From assembly GCA_965208125.1 (NCBI GenBank), contig OZ242320.1:1824001-1888000 (forward strand): a stretch of DNA of 64,000 bases. The letters run 5' to 3'. Position 1 is the first letter of the stretch. Each line of letters begins with the position of its first letter. This document shows, piece after piece, positions 50,456 to 60,714 of this stretch. The notes under the pieces were generated by a model. That model ran no database searches. It saw nothing but the letters and a program-made list of their open reading frames with translations, and was not told the origin of the DNA. Source of the stretch: Candidatus Latescibacterota bacterium (lineage in GTDB: Bacteria > Latescibacterota > UBA2968). The position numbers and the translations under genes are program-made.

Positions 50456-50501
50456 ATATAATGTGTAAAAACTACCCGTCGTTTACACAAAGGAGACGAA
50501 C

Positions 50502-52073
50502 ATGAAACGCTTCTATCTGTTGATCTCATGTATCGCCATTGTCTTCATATCCACCCAAAACACCCGGGTCCTTGCTCAAGAAACGACGAAGCCATCCAGA
50601 CCCACTCTGAAAGTTGTAGCCTCTCCAACAGACGCCATCATCGCCATATCTTACACTATTCCCGAATCTTCTTTTGTCAACCTGAGCATATCGGGCACGG
50701 TTGGCGGCGTAATTGCCATCCCCGTATATGAGCCTCGTATCCCAGGGGAATACACAGTCAAACTCAATAAGAACCATTGGCCGCAAGAGGTCTATACCAT
50801 CTCCGTTGTTTTAAACCATGATCGGAAAAGGCGCAGAGCCAGACGCTTTACCCATCATGCGCCCGACAGGCAAATAGCTTCAGATGAACAACTTCAGCAA
50901 GTATGGATCCAGGCTATATCAAGCATGAGATTTGATCCCGAAACTTCCGTAAAACACTGGGAAACACTGCTCGAAAACACAGATTATGAAAATCGCGGCG
51001 CGGCATTTCTCTATTCTTGCGGACCATTGCTGAAAGTGGCGGATAGTATGCGCGTGCATGCTCAGATAGACAGCGCGGTAAAGTGGGTCCCCCGTTCCAG
51101 TGTTTATAAAGTTATCGCCAGGATCATGAACGGTCAGGAAGTACCGTCCTCGTATGGCGATGTGAAATTATACCCATCTACCGCACTGAAATACGCAAAG
51201 AAAGCAATCGCTTCTGCCGATGATATTCCCCTACCGCACCGCAACCATGCCCTTTGCGACTACTATCGCGTTTTGGGACATTCTTATCTCGCTGCAGAGC
51301 AACCCAATGACGCAGAGATAGCATTTCAGAAAGTACTGTCCCTCTTCGGAGAACTTCCTGAGCATCACACACTTGTAAAAAATAAATGGGATGGTATCGT
51401 CTTAAAAGACCTGGGAATGGTAAAAACGCTCAAACGCGATTACGATGGCGCACTGCAATTATATTCAGATGCACTTGTCAAAAATCCTTGGGATACCGAC
51501 CTCTGGAATATGCTTCAGCGCGTTTACACCCTTCGGCATGGCACGGACGAAGGGTATCGCGCATTTGCGACGCGCCTCGAACAGAGACTTCCCTCAAAAA
51601 ACAAGGCAGATACACGCTCAATTATCGGCAGGGATTTTCCAGATTTCTCATTGAAAACCATCGAAGGCGAAACCATTAACTTTGCCGATTTGAAGGGCCA
51701 GGTCGTCGTCGTGAACTTCTGGGGATCCTGGTGCGGGCCGTGCATTCCAGAACTGTCGAAGTTAGAAAAAATCCATAGCGAATATAGCGATGCGCCCGTC
51801 AAAGTAATCGCCATCCACGACATGTTCAGACGGGGAATCTTCAAAGATTATTTATCTACGATCCAAAAAATTGCAGAACAGACGAACATCTCCTTTCCAA
51901 TGCTTTACGACACAAAGGAAGTAAACATAGCAGGCAGGAGTGATATTCGGCATACGCCAACGACACTCATAATAGATAAGGAAGGCAAAATTCAATATGA
52001 GGAAATGGGTTATGTTGAGACCCGGTTCTTACCCCAGGTAAAGGCAATAATCGAAAAACTGATCGCTGGATAA
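50502..52073 (+). CDS. Exported TPR + TlpA-like redoxin protein
   Basis: Signal peptide, TPR-like helices, NFWGSWCGPC. Confidence 0.85.
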   Translation: MKRFYLLISCIAIVFISTQNTRVLAQETTKPSRPTLKVVASPTDAIIAISYTIPESSFVNLSISGTVGGVIAIPVYEPRIPGEYTVKLNKNHWPQEVYTISVVLNHDRKRRRARRFTHHAPDRQIASDEQLQQVWIQAISSMRFDPETSVKHWETLLENTDYENRGAAFLYSCGPLLKVADSMRVHAQIDSAVKWVPRSSVYKVIARIMNGQEVPSSYGDVKLYPSTALKYAKKAIASADDIPLPHRNHALCDYYRVLGHSYLAAEQPNDAEIAFQKVLSLFGELPEHHTLVKNKWDGIVLKDLGMVKTLKRDYDGALQLYSDALVKNPWDTDLWNMLQRVYTLRHGTDEGYRAFATRLEQRLPSKNKADTRSIIGRDFPDFSLKTIEGETINFADLKGQVVVVNFWGSWCGPCIPELSKLEKIHSEYSDAPVKVIAIHDMFRRGIFKDYLSTIQKIAEQTNISFPMLYDTKEVNIAGRSDIRHTPTTLIIDKEGKIQYEEMGYVETRFLPQVKAIIEKLIAG

Positions 52074-52103
52074 AAAACCAATTCCAGAAGTGAGGAATAG
52101 TCG

Positions 52104-52487
52104 ATGAATTTTGAATTAGACCCCAGAAGTGGTATCCCTTTCTATCGCCAGATCATTGACCAGATTCGTTATGGCATTGCTGCTGGCAAATTGAACGTAG
52201 GTGACCAACTGCCCACCGTTCGCGCTCTGGCCGTAGAACTCAAGGTCAATCTCAACACCATCAGCAAAGCCTATCGGGAACTGGAAATTAAAAACATTCT
52301 GGAAACCCAGCAGGGTTCAGGAACGTTTATCGCGCCAGTAAAAGTAGAGATTCCCGACAACGAAAAAGAAAAAAAGCTGACTGGTATATGCAACGAATTC
52401 CAGAGCATTGCCTCGGCCTACGGATTCAACCTTGCAGACTTGATCAAAGAACTACAACAACGACAAGGAGCAAATCATGAACGCTAA
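52104..52487 (+). CDS. GntR family (YtrA subfamily) regulator
   Basis: PFYRQI...LPTVRALA...NTISKAYRELE...GSGTF. Confidence 0.93.
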   Translation: MNFELDPRSGIPFYRQIIDQIRYGIAAGKLNVGDQLPTVRALAVELKVNLNTISKAYRELEIKNILETQQGSGTFIAPVKVEIPDNEKEKKLTGICNEFQSIASAYGFNLADLIKELQQRQGANHER

Positions 52488-53388
52488 AATTCCTCTGAAC
52501 AAGCATATCAATCTCGTCTCGATCTTCATTTTCCTCATCCTCACACTGGCAAACGCAATCCTGTTCTATACGGACCTGATTTCTTTAACCATTGCCCTGA
52601 TCGGACTGGCTGCTACGCTATTCATTGCCGCCACATTGAAAATCTCTGACCAGTGGGAAAAAGCCGTGGTCTTGCGTATGGGAAAATTTATTGGATTAAA
52701 AGGTCCGGGTTGGTTTCTCATCATTCCCATCATCGACCGGGTCGATAAATATATCGACCAGCGAGTCCGGGTTACTGACATTAGAGCCGACTCTACCCTG
52801 ACAAAAGACACTGTCCCGGTCAATGTCGATGCCGTCGTCTATTGGACCGTGTGGGATGCTGAAAAAGCCGCCCTCGAAGTTCAGGAATATGAATACGCCG
52901 TTTCACTCGTCTCCCGGACTGGTCTGCGCGACATCATCGGCAAACACGAATTGGCAGATCTCCTGCAAAATCGAGAAAAGATCGCCGAGGCATTGCAACA
53001 GGCCCTCGACGAAACGACCAGTTCCTGGGGTATCACCTGTCAAAGTGTAGGCATCAAAGACATTGTTATACCAAACGACCTTGCAGACGCCATGAGCAAG
53101 CAAGCCCAGGCAGAAAGAGAACGCCAGGCCCGGATCATCCTGGGCACAGCCGAAACCGAAATCTCAGAAAAATTCTCTCAGGCCAGCGAAAACTACCACA
53201 ATAATCCCGTTGCCCTGCAACTGCGCGGTATGAACATGCTCTTTGAAGGACTCAAAGAAAAAGGATCTCTGGTAATCGTACCGAGTTCTGCCCTGGAATC
53301 GATGAACCTGGGGGCCATTGGTGGACTGACAGCCCTTGCCGAGCAAAACACAAACGAAACGCCCGACCCGACTGAAAAAACGGCTTAA
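52477..53388 (+). CDS. SPFH/stomatin (slipin) family protein
   Basis: WEKAVVLRMG, TKDTVPVNVDAV, QAQAERERQAR. Confidence 0.92.
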   Translation: MNAKIPLNKHINLVSIFIFLILTLANAILFYTDLISLTIALIGLAATLFIAATLKISDQWEKAVVLRMGKFIGLKGPGWFLIIPIIDRVDKYIDQRVRVTDIRADSTLTKDTVPVNVDAVVYWTVWDAEKAALEVQEYEYAVSLVSRTGLRDIIGKHELADLLQNREKIAEALQQALDETTSSWGITCQSVGIKDIVIPNDLADAMSKQAQAERERQARIILGTAETEISEKFSQASENYHNNPVALQLRGMNMLFEGLKEKGSLVIVPSSALESMNLGAIGGLTALAEQNTNETPDPTEKTA

Positions 53389-53403
53389 ACGCCATCAGGA
53401 ACA

Positions 53404-53431
53404 AAAAAAGCCGCTCAAACGAGCGGCTTTT
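53404..53431. terminator. Bidirectional terminator
   Basis: aaaagccgctc-aaac-gagcggctttt. Confidence 0.8.
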
Positions 53432-53448
53432 GCATTAGGAAAGCTGAA

Positions 53449-54279
53449 TCACTCCACTCGAAAAACCACAGAATCCGCGGCCATAGAAGCGAACAACCCA
53501 ATCCCCCCCTTCACATGAAACTGCGGCTCATCCAACGCCGCCTCATCCTGCGCGCTCGAAATCAAATAATCGCCGTAATTCCCATCCAGCGCATAGACCG
53601 CAAATGAATATATACCATAATACGAAAACTGTCTCGGATTCAGGGTCAACGAGCGCCCCTGCAAAAAACGCCATTGATCTGCCCGGGCAATACTATCCCG
53701 CAGTGCGCCCAGCCCCGTGGTATCCGCTGCGCCACCAAAACCCCCACCAAATCTTCCAAACTGAGTCGCCAGCGGAATTTGCTCCAAAAGCTCCACAGAC
53801 TTGCGCGTCGTAACATACCCCCCCTTTGTCTCCCCCTCCCAGGTAACCCGATACGCATCGCCGCCAATCAGCAACGAAGACGCACCTGAAACTTGCGGTG
53901 CAACCGGCACAGTCGTCTGCGCTGTCGCCGTACCCAACCCCGTCGTAACAGACAGATGATAGGTCTTACCCGACTCAACAATCAGATCCGGTTGCTCGTA
54001 ATAACCCGGCCTATCCACCACAGGTGACAACTCGTACGACACCTCATCCACCTCAATCGTCACCAGCGCATCGGACAGCGCACTCGCCTCCCGATCATAC
54101 ACACTGGAAAGCGGCATCGTTGTACCCACAAACAAATCGGACACAGGACTCCCCGCCCGCAAATAACCCTCGATATAAACCGTCTCTCGAAACTCCCCCA
54201 ATGACTCAGTCGGCGCCGTGCTACAACCCCCAGCACCAAGACCGAGAACAAAACAAAATATCCATTGTACCTTTTTCAT
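53449..54279 (-). CDS. DUF4249-like lipoprotein
   Basis: Lipobox-like GGC, C-terminal HVKGGIGLFAS; downstream of the TonB receptor. Confidence 0.75.
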   Translation of the reverse strand: MKKVQWIFCFVLGLGAGGCSTAPTESLGEFRETVYIEGYLRAGSPVSDLFVGTTMPLSSVYDREASALSDALVTIEVDEVSYELSPVVDRPGYYEQPDLIVESGKTYHLSVTTGLGTATAQTTVPVAPQVSGASSLLIGGDAYRVTWEGETKGGYVTTRKSVELLEQIPLATQFGRFGGGFGGAADTTGLGALRDSIARADQWRFLQGRSLTLNPRQFSYYGIYSFAVYALDGNYGDYLISSAQDEAALDEPQFHVKGGIGLFASMAADSVVFRVE

Positions 54280-54321
54280 CACAAACTCCTCTGCATTAAT
54301 ATCGCAATAACGGGCAACCAC

Positions 54322-54352
54322 GTGGGAGGGCGGGTTTAAAACCCGCCCCTAC
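54322..54352 (-). repeat. Single REP palindrome
   Basis: gggcgggtttaaaacccgcccctac. Confidence 0.7.
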
Positions 54353-54403
54353 AATCAGACGAATGATTTTTCACCCTATGTTTTATCTGTGTCCATCTGC
54401 GGA

Positions 54404-56848
54404 TCACATATTAAAACGAAAACCAACACTCGGCAAAATCGGCTGAAGAAGCACATCCTGCACCTGAATCTCCGGCTCAGTCGCATCAAACGAGCGATAC
54501 CACACATTGCGTCGATTATAGACATTGAACACACTGAACACCAACTGCCCACCAACACTACCCCACCTGAAATCGCGCGTAATACCCAGATCCATGCGGT
54601 GATAAGCCGGCAACCGATAGGCATTCTTTTCCGACACATGCACATAGGGAATGGACTGTCCCGTCGGCTGCTGCACCTCATAGCGCGCCTCCGGAAGCGT
54701 ATATGCCTGCCCCGTGCCATAAACCCAATTGGCATTCAAATTCCAGCCCCTGCCCAGATAATAATCCGTCACAACAGAAACATCGTGTCGCCGGTCGTAC
54801 TTTGGCGGAAACGGATTGCCCTGGTTCAAAGCGTCAAAAGTGTGCTCTGTCTTACTCAACGTATAGCCAATCCAACCCTTCAAACGCCCCTCTGTCTTGC
54901 GAAGCAAAAACTCGCCACCATAAGATCTTCCCGAACCCGTGGCGAACAAATCAGACAGCGGCGTCGAATCACTCAGACGAACCTGGGACTGAAACTCCAC
55001 CAGATCATCCATATCCTTATAATAAAACTCCAGATCAATCTGCCAGGCATCACCCGGCGTCAACATAAGGCCAAACGCATTGTGAACAGCTTTGCCAGGT
55101 GTCAAAGTCTCATCCACCGGCAGCCACATATCCGTCGTATAAGTATTGGCCTCAATCGAAATCAAATTGACAAACTGGTGATAAATGCCCCAACCGCCCT
55201 TAAACGCGATCCTATCATCCAATTGAAACAACCCCGCCACGCGCGGAGACCATCGGGTATAATTGCCACTCTGGAAATGACTCACGCGCACCCCAGGCGT
55301 CAACTCCAGACGCCCCCAGCGCATCGTATGCTCGAGAAAACCCGTCTGATAAAAAGACGACGTATTAATCTCTGACCGGATCGAATCTCCCACGCCCTGC
55401 TTGTAAAAAGCGTCATACGATGTAAACTGGGCACCTGCGCGCGTCGTGTGAAAAGGACCCGAATAGAGATCAAACGTCAACTTTGCCGTCAAATCATTCA
55501 ACTCATTATTGCGATTCAATCCAAAACCGCGCCGCCCGCCTCCACCTTCCCCGGTCTGCCCGCTATTGGCAGCCTCGTTTTGATTGGTCGCAACATCAAA
55601 ATTGGATATATAACGACTCGCCGAAACCTGCACATTGCCGATCAAATTATCCGTGTATAGATGCAACCACTTAAACCGCGCAATCCGATTGCCCCAATCC
55701 ATAAGCTGATCGCGCGTCTGCTCTCGAAAAGACGGCAGCGACAGATTGAGCGCATCATTGCCCATATATCCACTCACCGAAACCCGGTCATTGTCAGACA
55801 CATCCAAATTGAACTTGAAATTTGTATCGTAGAACCCGTAATCCTGCCCAAAATCGCTCGTCTGCTGCTGAAAATTGAACCGCGCCTGCCCAAAGCGTCC
55901 CCCGCCTTGCCGTCCAAAGCCACCACCCCCAAATCCCCCCGGCCCACCGCCAGTAACCGGACCCGCGCCAATTGTGCCAATGCGCGTACTGAACATTTCA
56001 TCCACGATATGTTCAAAAAGAGGTGAATTTAAAACCTCTTGATACGTGCGCCGCCCCGAAAACATCCACGAACCGAGATCGCCCACAGGCCCGCCAACCG
56101 TCAACCCCGCACTGATCAAATCCATGGACGCCCGCGCATCAAAAGACTTTCTGTTGCCATCCAAATTTGTAATATCCAGCACACTCGACAGACGGTCGCC
56201 ATACCGCGCGGGAAACGTCCCCTTAATCAGTGTGACATCCTTCAATGCATCGGGATTAAACGTGCTAAAAAACCCAAACAAATGATTCGGATTATAGACC
56301 ACCACATCATCCAGCAGAATCAAATTTTGCCCCGGCGTGCCCCCGCGCACATACAAACCCGCGGAATTTTCACTCGCAGCCTGCACGCCTGGAAGCAATT
56401 GAATCCCGCGCATCAAATCGGGCTGACCCACCGTTGGAATGCGCGCTAACTCCGTCACCCGCGTACCAAATGCACTCACAGGCGTCACCTCAGTCGGCGC
56501 CACGCGCTCGCCTATGGCCTCAATCTCTTCCCTCATCAATTCCGCAGGCTCCAACTCAATCACAATCCGCGCAGTCTCACCCTGTATAACCACGACCTGA
56601 ACAGACCGGCTCTCATAGCCGATATAACTCGCCGAAACCCTGTGCAAACCCGGCGACAGATTCCCAATGACAAAATAACCGGCCTTATCTGTCGTAATAC
56701 CAATACTCAAACTATCGATCACAACATTGGCATTCGGCAACGTCTCGCCATTGGAAGCATCGCGCACCGTACCTCGCACCGCACCCTGACCATAAGCCTG
56801 TGTACTGATGGCAACACATACTAAAAACAACTGCACAATTCTCTTCAT
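54404..56848 (-). CDS. TonB-dependent receptor
   Basis: CarboxypepD_reg-like N-terminus, LPGV, VRGG...NLILLD, NVYN, terminal RF. Confidence 0.93.
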   Translation of the reverse strand: MKRIVQLFLVCVAISTQAYGQGAVRGTVRDASNGETLPNANVVIDSLSIGITTDKAGYFVIGNLSPGLHRVSASYIGYESRSVQVVVIQGETARIVIELEPAELMREEIEAIGERVAPTEVTPVSAFGTRVTELARIPTVGQPDLMRGIQLLPGVQAASENSAGLYVRGGTPGQNLILLDDVVVYNPNHLFGFFSTFNPDALKDVTLIKGTFPARYGDRLSSVLDITNLDGNRKSFDARASMDLISAGLTVGGPVGDLGSWMFSGRRTYQEVLNSPLFEHIVDEMFSTRIGTIGAGPVTGGGPGGFGGGGFGRQGGGRFGQARFNFQQQTSDFGQDYGFYDTNFKFNLDVSDNDRVSVSGYMGNDALNLSLPSFREQTRDQLMDWGNRIARFKWLHLYTDNLIGNVQVSASRYISNFDVATNQNEAANSGQTGEGGGGRRGFGLNRNNELNDLTAKLTFDLYSGPFHTTRAGAQFTSYDAFYKQGVGDSIRSEINTSSFYQTGFLEHTMRWGRLELTPGVRVSHFQSGNYTRWSPRVAGLFQLDDRIAFKGGWGIYHQFVNLISIEANTYTTDMWLPVDETLTPGKAVHNAFGLMLTPGDAWQIDLEFYYKDMDDLVEFQSQVRLSDSTPLSDLFATGSGRSYGGEFLLRKTEGRLKGWIGYTLSKTEHTFDALNQGNPFPPKYDRRHDVSVVTDYYLGRGWNLNANWVYGTGQAYTLPEARYEVQQPTGQSIPYVHVSEKNAYRLPAYHRMDLGITRDFRWGSVGGQLVFSVFNVYNRRNVWYRSFDATEPEIQVQDVLLQPILPSVGFRFNM

Positions 56849-56983
56849 GGTCTCTCCTTTTCCCCTCCCAGGACAGTGTGAAATAATCCTCCCTTCTGAC
56901 ATTTATTAGATTCACAGAAAGACCTTCCCGTTCCCCATTTTCTGTATGAAAATTGTTAAGATTCTGTTAAAGTCTGTAAAACA

Positions 56984-57014
56984 AAACGCGCCCATTGTTC
57001 AATGGACGCGCTTT
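56984..57014 (-). terminator. Probable terminator
   Basis: aacgcgcccattg...caatggacgcgctt hairpin with an A-tract. Confidence 0.55.
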
Positions 57015-57038
57015 ATCGTTCAAGATGTAAAACTGCTC

Positions 57039-57842
57039 TTAGACCGTCGTCTGCAACTCTTTCAAATAACTCAGCGTATCGCGGATACTCGCCTCTGTCG
57101 TATCTGACGCGCCCTTCTCCACACACAGCGGACCTGCGTAATCTGCCGCATTCAGAATTTCCAAACACGTCTTCAAATCATACCCCATAGCTTTCCCATC
57201 CCGCTCCCACGCCTGCACCCCATCGTCACTGTAATTAAACACCTTAACATGGCATGAAAACGCGCGCGGTGCCAGCACGCGCATCCCCGCCTCCCAATCG
57301 CCATCGGGAAAATTTGCCGTATCTGGACAGGTACCAAACCAATCGGAATCCACCCCATCCAGAATCCGCTGCAAATTATCAGAAGACGACGACACACCCC
57401 CGTGATTCTCCACCAGCAGCTTCACATCCGCCTGCTCGCCCACAGCCACCAGTTCCCGATACCCCTCAATCACCCGGCTCATCGCCCCATCATCATCCGC
57501 GTGACCCGTATTAATCCGTATCGCCTCAGAACCCACAGCCGACGCCGTGTAAAACCACTGCTTCAACGCCTCCAGATCCGTGCGCCGCACAGCCTCATCA
57601 TCACCTGCAATATTGCCCATATCCACCGCGATATTGCGCACCGAAAGTCCATTATCAGCCAACCGATTCCGAAGCTCATTCAAATACCTCGCATCCTGAG
57701 ACTCAAAAAACCGCGAACACAACTCCACCGTCTCCACCCCATGCGCGGCACACACCTCGGGAAAATCGAGCAAAGTCAGCGACTTCTCCCGCAAAATTTC
57801 ACCACTGAGCACCCATCCGGCAATACCGACTTCGAGATCCAT
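57039..57842 (-). CDS. Sugar phosphate isomerase/epimerase (AP endonuclease 2 TIM barrel)
   Basis: VENHGG, PDTANF, CHVK, CVE. Confidence 0.88.
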   Translation of the reverse strand: MDLEVGIAGWVLSGEILREKSLTLLDFPEVCAAHGVETVELCSRFFESQDARYLNELRNRLADNGLSVRNIAVDMGNIAGDDEAVRRTDLEALKQWFYTASAVGSEAIRINTGHADDDGAMSRVIEGYRELVAVGEQADVKLLVENHGGVSSSSDNLQRILDGVDSDWFGTCPDTANFPDGDWEAGMRVLAPRAFSCHVKVFNYSDDGVQAWERDGKAMGYDLKTCLEILNAADYAGPLCVEKGASDTTEASIRDTLSYLKELQTTV

Positions 57843-57941
57843 AGTCATTTCTCCTTTCATTGATACTATCGACACATTTGCCCCAAACACCTATATTTAC
57901 CATGTTATATCACATGCCCCCACAACACAAGGAGGTTTTGC

Positions 57942-59207
57942 GTGGAATCCGTTATCGGCATCATCTTAGGCGGTGGCGCGGGGTCACGCCTCTATCCCCT
58001 GACCAAATACCGCTCCAAACCCGCCGTTCCCATCGGCGGCAAATATCGCCTCATCGACATACCCATCAGCAACTGCCTGCACTCGGGCCTCACACGCATC
58101 TACGCCCTCACCCAATTCAACTCCGCCTCTCTCAACCGCCACATCGCCCAAACCTATCGCTTCGACGCCTTTTCAAACGGCTTTGTCGAAATCCTCGCCG
58201 CCGAACAAACCGAAGACCGCCTCGACTGGTATCAGGGCACAGCAGACGCGGTTCGCCAGCAACTCCGCCACTTCCTATCCTACCAGATAGATCAATACCT
58301 CATCCTCTCTGGCGACCACCTCTACCGCATGAACTACCGGGACTTCATCGCCGAACACCGCGAAAAAGGCGCAGACCTCACCATCGCAGTCAAACCCGTC
58401 ACACGAGAAATCGCGCCCGAACTCGGCATCCTCAAAGTAGATGACTCCGGACGCATCATCGACTTCGTAGAAAAACCGCAAACCGACGCCGAACTGGACG
58501 ACCTCAAACTCGACCCCGCACCTGGCAGCAACCCCGACGAAGCGTACATGGCCTCAATGGGCATATACGTCTTTGAAAAAGACAGCCTGAGAACACTCCT
58601 CGCGGAAAACAGCGGCGACGACTTTGGCAAACACATCATCCCCGCCGCCATCCACAGCCACAACGTCTATGCCCACCGATTCGAGGGATACTGGGAAGAC
58701 ATCGGCACCATCCGCGCCTTCTACGAAGCCAACCTCGCGCTCACAACCCCGGCGCCCCTCTTCACCTTTTATCAACCCGGCGCCCCCATCTACACCCACC
58801 CGCGCTACCTCGCCGCGACCAAACTGGATGGATGCCACCTCAAACAATGCAAAATCGGCGACGGCTCCGACATACAAGACGCAGAAATCGAGCATTCTGT
58901 CATCGGTATCCGCAGCATCGTTGGTCCCCGCGTCAATCTCACCAACACCGTCATGATGGGCGCTGACTTTTACGAAACCCCCGAAGACAGAAAACGCAAC
59001 CAACAAAAAGGCATCCCAAACGTAGGCATCGGTCCGGGATGCGTAATCGACAACGCAATCATCGACAAAAACGCGCGCATTGGGGAAAACGTCACCATCC
59101 TGAACGCAAAAAACATCCGCGAAGCAGAACGCGACGCCTACGCCATCCGAGACGGCATCGTCGTCATCACCAAAGACGCCATCATTCCTTCAGGGACAGT
59201 GATTTAG
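57942..59207 (+). CDS. glgC: Glucose-1-phosphate adenylyltransferase
   Basis: LGGGAGSRLYPLT..RSKPAVP.GGKYRLID, WYQGTADAV, ASMGIY, YWEDIGT. Confidence 0.97.
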   Translation: MESVIGIILGGGAGSRLYPLTKYRSKPAVPIGGKYRLIDIPISNCLHSGLTRIYALTQFNSASLNRHIAQTYRFDAFSNGFVEILAAEQTEDRLDWYQGTADAVRQQLRHFLSYQIDQYLILSGDHLYRMNYRDFIAEHREKGADLTIAVKPVTREIAPELGILKVDDSGRIIDFVEKPQTDAELDDLKLDPAPGSNPDEAYMASMGIYVFEKDSLRTLLAENSGDDFGKHIIPAAIHSHNVYAHRFEGYWEDIGTIRAFYEANLALTTPAPLFTFYQPGAPIYTHPRYLAATKLDGCHLKQCKIGDGSDIQDAEIEHSVIGIRSIVGPRVNLTNTVMMGADFYETPEDRKRNQQKGIPNVGIGPGCVIDNAIIDKNARIGENVTILNAKNIREAERDAYAIRDGIVVITKDAIIPSGTVI

Positions 59208-59300
59208 GAAGTAAGAAGTAAGAAGTGAGAAGTGAGAAAACCACCCAACACCACCCCAGGGCGGGTGCTTTTTCACCTTTCACCCTTCACACTTCCTACT

Positions 59301-60092
59301 TCACACTTCACCCTGCTTTTGTGCAAACAGCCAGTCCCATACATTTTCGGTTTTGTCGCACTGATCGCTGGCAAAATGCGTGATAAATCCGCGTTGTGGG
59401 TCATCGCCTGTGTACGCAAATCCGTAAGCACTGGCATTGTGTCCCACGTCTTTTAATTCCGTATATTTGGTATTGGCATTCAGCGCGTTCAGCTGGCGAA
59501 AAGCGTCCCGGGTCAAGTCAACGGGTACGACTGCATCGGCATCGCCGTGAAATGTCCAGATGGGAACTTCTACAATACGGCTGATGTCATTCCAGGGTTC
59601 GCATCCGCCAGCAGAGGGAATCGCGGCAGCAAAACGACCGGGTTGTGCGCAGATAGCGTTCCAGGTACCAAAACCACCCATGGAATGCCCCAGCACATAG
59701 ATGCGGTCCTGATCAATTGGAAATTCATCGCATATCGCGTCCAGCAGATCAAAGGCTCTACCCAAATCACCCACTGAGAGATCATCACCCCGATCCAGCA
59801 ACCGCTTAACGCGCGCTTGCCAGATACCCGAGAGCGAGTCGATATATTCCTGTGTGACCTCGGGCATGGAATTGGGCACCAGCCAGCGCAGGGGCGTTTG
59901 AGGTGCAAGCACGAAGCAGGGATATTTGCGGCGATGTGTTTCATCTGCCAGTGGTGATTCGTTCCAGTGGCGCAGATTTTTTATATTATCCGTGCCCTTA
60001 CCTCCCGCACCGTGCAAGCTGAAGATAAGGGGATACGCTTTATCGGGATGATCTGCGATATCAATAGGTCTGAGGGAATAATGGGACGGCAC
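59301..60092 (-). CDS. Alpha/beta hydrolase (phospholipase/peptidase-like), 5' end apparently lost at a REP element
   Basis: LHGAGG, GHSMGG nucleophile elbow, HGDAD, H; the first codons lie inside the REP. Confidence 0.8.
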   Translation of the reverse strand: MPSHYSLRPIDIADHPDKAYPLIFSLHGAGGKGTDNIKNLRHWNESPLADETHRRKYPCFVLAPQTPLRWLVPNSMPEVTQEYIDSLSGIWQARVKRLLDRGDDLSVGDLGRAFDLLDAICDEFPIDQDRIYVLGHSMGGFGTWNAICAQPGRFAAAIPSAGGCEPWNDISRIVEVPIWTFHGDADAVVPVDLTRDAFRQLNALNANTKYTELKDVGHNASAYGFAYTGDDPQRGFITHFASDQCDKTENVWDWLFAQKQGEV

Positions 60093-60175
60093 AGGGGCCG
60101 TCCCCTACAATGATGTTGTGGTTTGTTGTAGGGACAACCCCCTGTGGTTGTCCTGCGACCCCCTGTGGTCGCCCG
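60083..60175. repeat. REP doublet (REPIN-like), inverted copy of 36018-36106
   Basis: Arms essentially identical; the spacer differs. Confidence 0.85.
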
Positions 60176-60190
60176 CTGACCGCTATGATT

Positions 60191-60643
60191 TCAAGTGGTA
60201 TTTTTACACAGATAAAGACCCAGGTCTTTATCTGCCTCTTCCTCTAACAGACCAACCTGCACGGGAATATCCGCATCTTTGAGAATTTGAATACCGCGCC
60301 CTTGATTCTTGGGATGCGGGTCAATGAGTGCGACAAAAACATCCCGGACTTTTCTCTCTACAAGTGCCTGAGCGCAAGAAGGCGTGCGCCCGTGAAAAGA
60401 ACACGGCTCCAGAGTGACAAATGCCGTGACATCTTTTAGCGATCCCTCTACTTGCGCGAGAGCCATTGCCTCTGCGTGAAATTGACCCGGCGGATTGGTA
60501 TAACCCCGGGCAATAATTTTGCCTTCTCGCACCAGCACACACCCGACCGGTGGATTGGGCAAACACTTGGGAAGTGCTCTTCTGCCTTCCACGAGCGCGG
60601 CGGTCATGAAGTTTTCCAATTCAATTTGCGAATAATTGGACAT
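60191..60643 (-). CDS. RibD-like deaminase, deaminase domain only
   Basis: PNPPVGC, HAE, TLEPCSFHGRTPSC; no reductase domain. Confidence 0.85.
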   Translation of the reverse strand: MSNYSQIELENFMTAALVEGRRALPKCLPNPPVGCVLVREGKIIARGYTNPPGQFHAEAMALAQVEGSLKDVTAFVTLEPCSFHGRTPSCAQALVERKVRDVFVALIDPHPKNQGRGIQILKDADIPVQVGLLEEEADKDLGLYLCKNTT

Positions 60644-60659
60644 TGGACATACCTGACGC

Positions 60660-60700
60660 GAAAAACGCCCCGGCACAGCGATGCTGGGGCGTTCTCTTTT
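60660..60700. terminator. Probable terminator
   Basis: aacgccccggca...tgctggggcgtt with flanking A/T runs. Confidence 0.6.
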
Positions 60701-60714
60701 TGAACTGACTCCGT

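Noticed and set aside
59208-59310. Heptamer tracts (gaagtaa/gaagtga and inverse) as iterons or an origin
   Set aside because: Similar degenerate tracts are scattered in several intergenic regions, with no rep gene or DnaA-box cluster.
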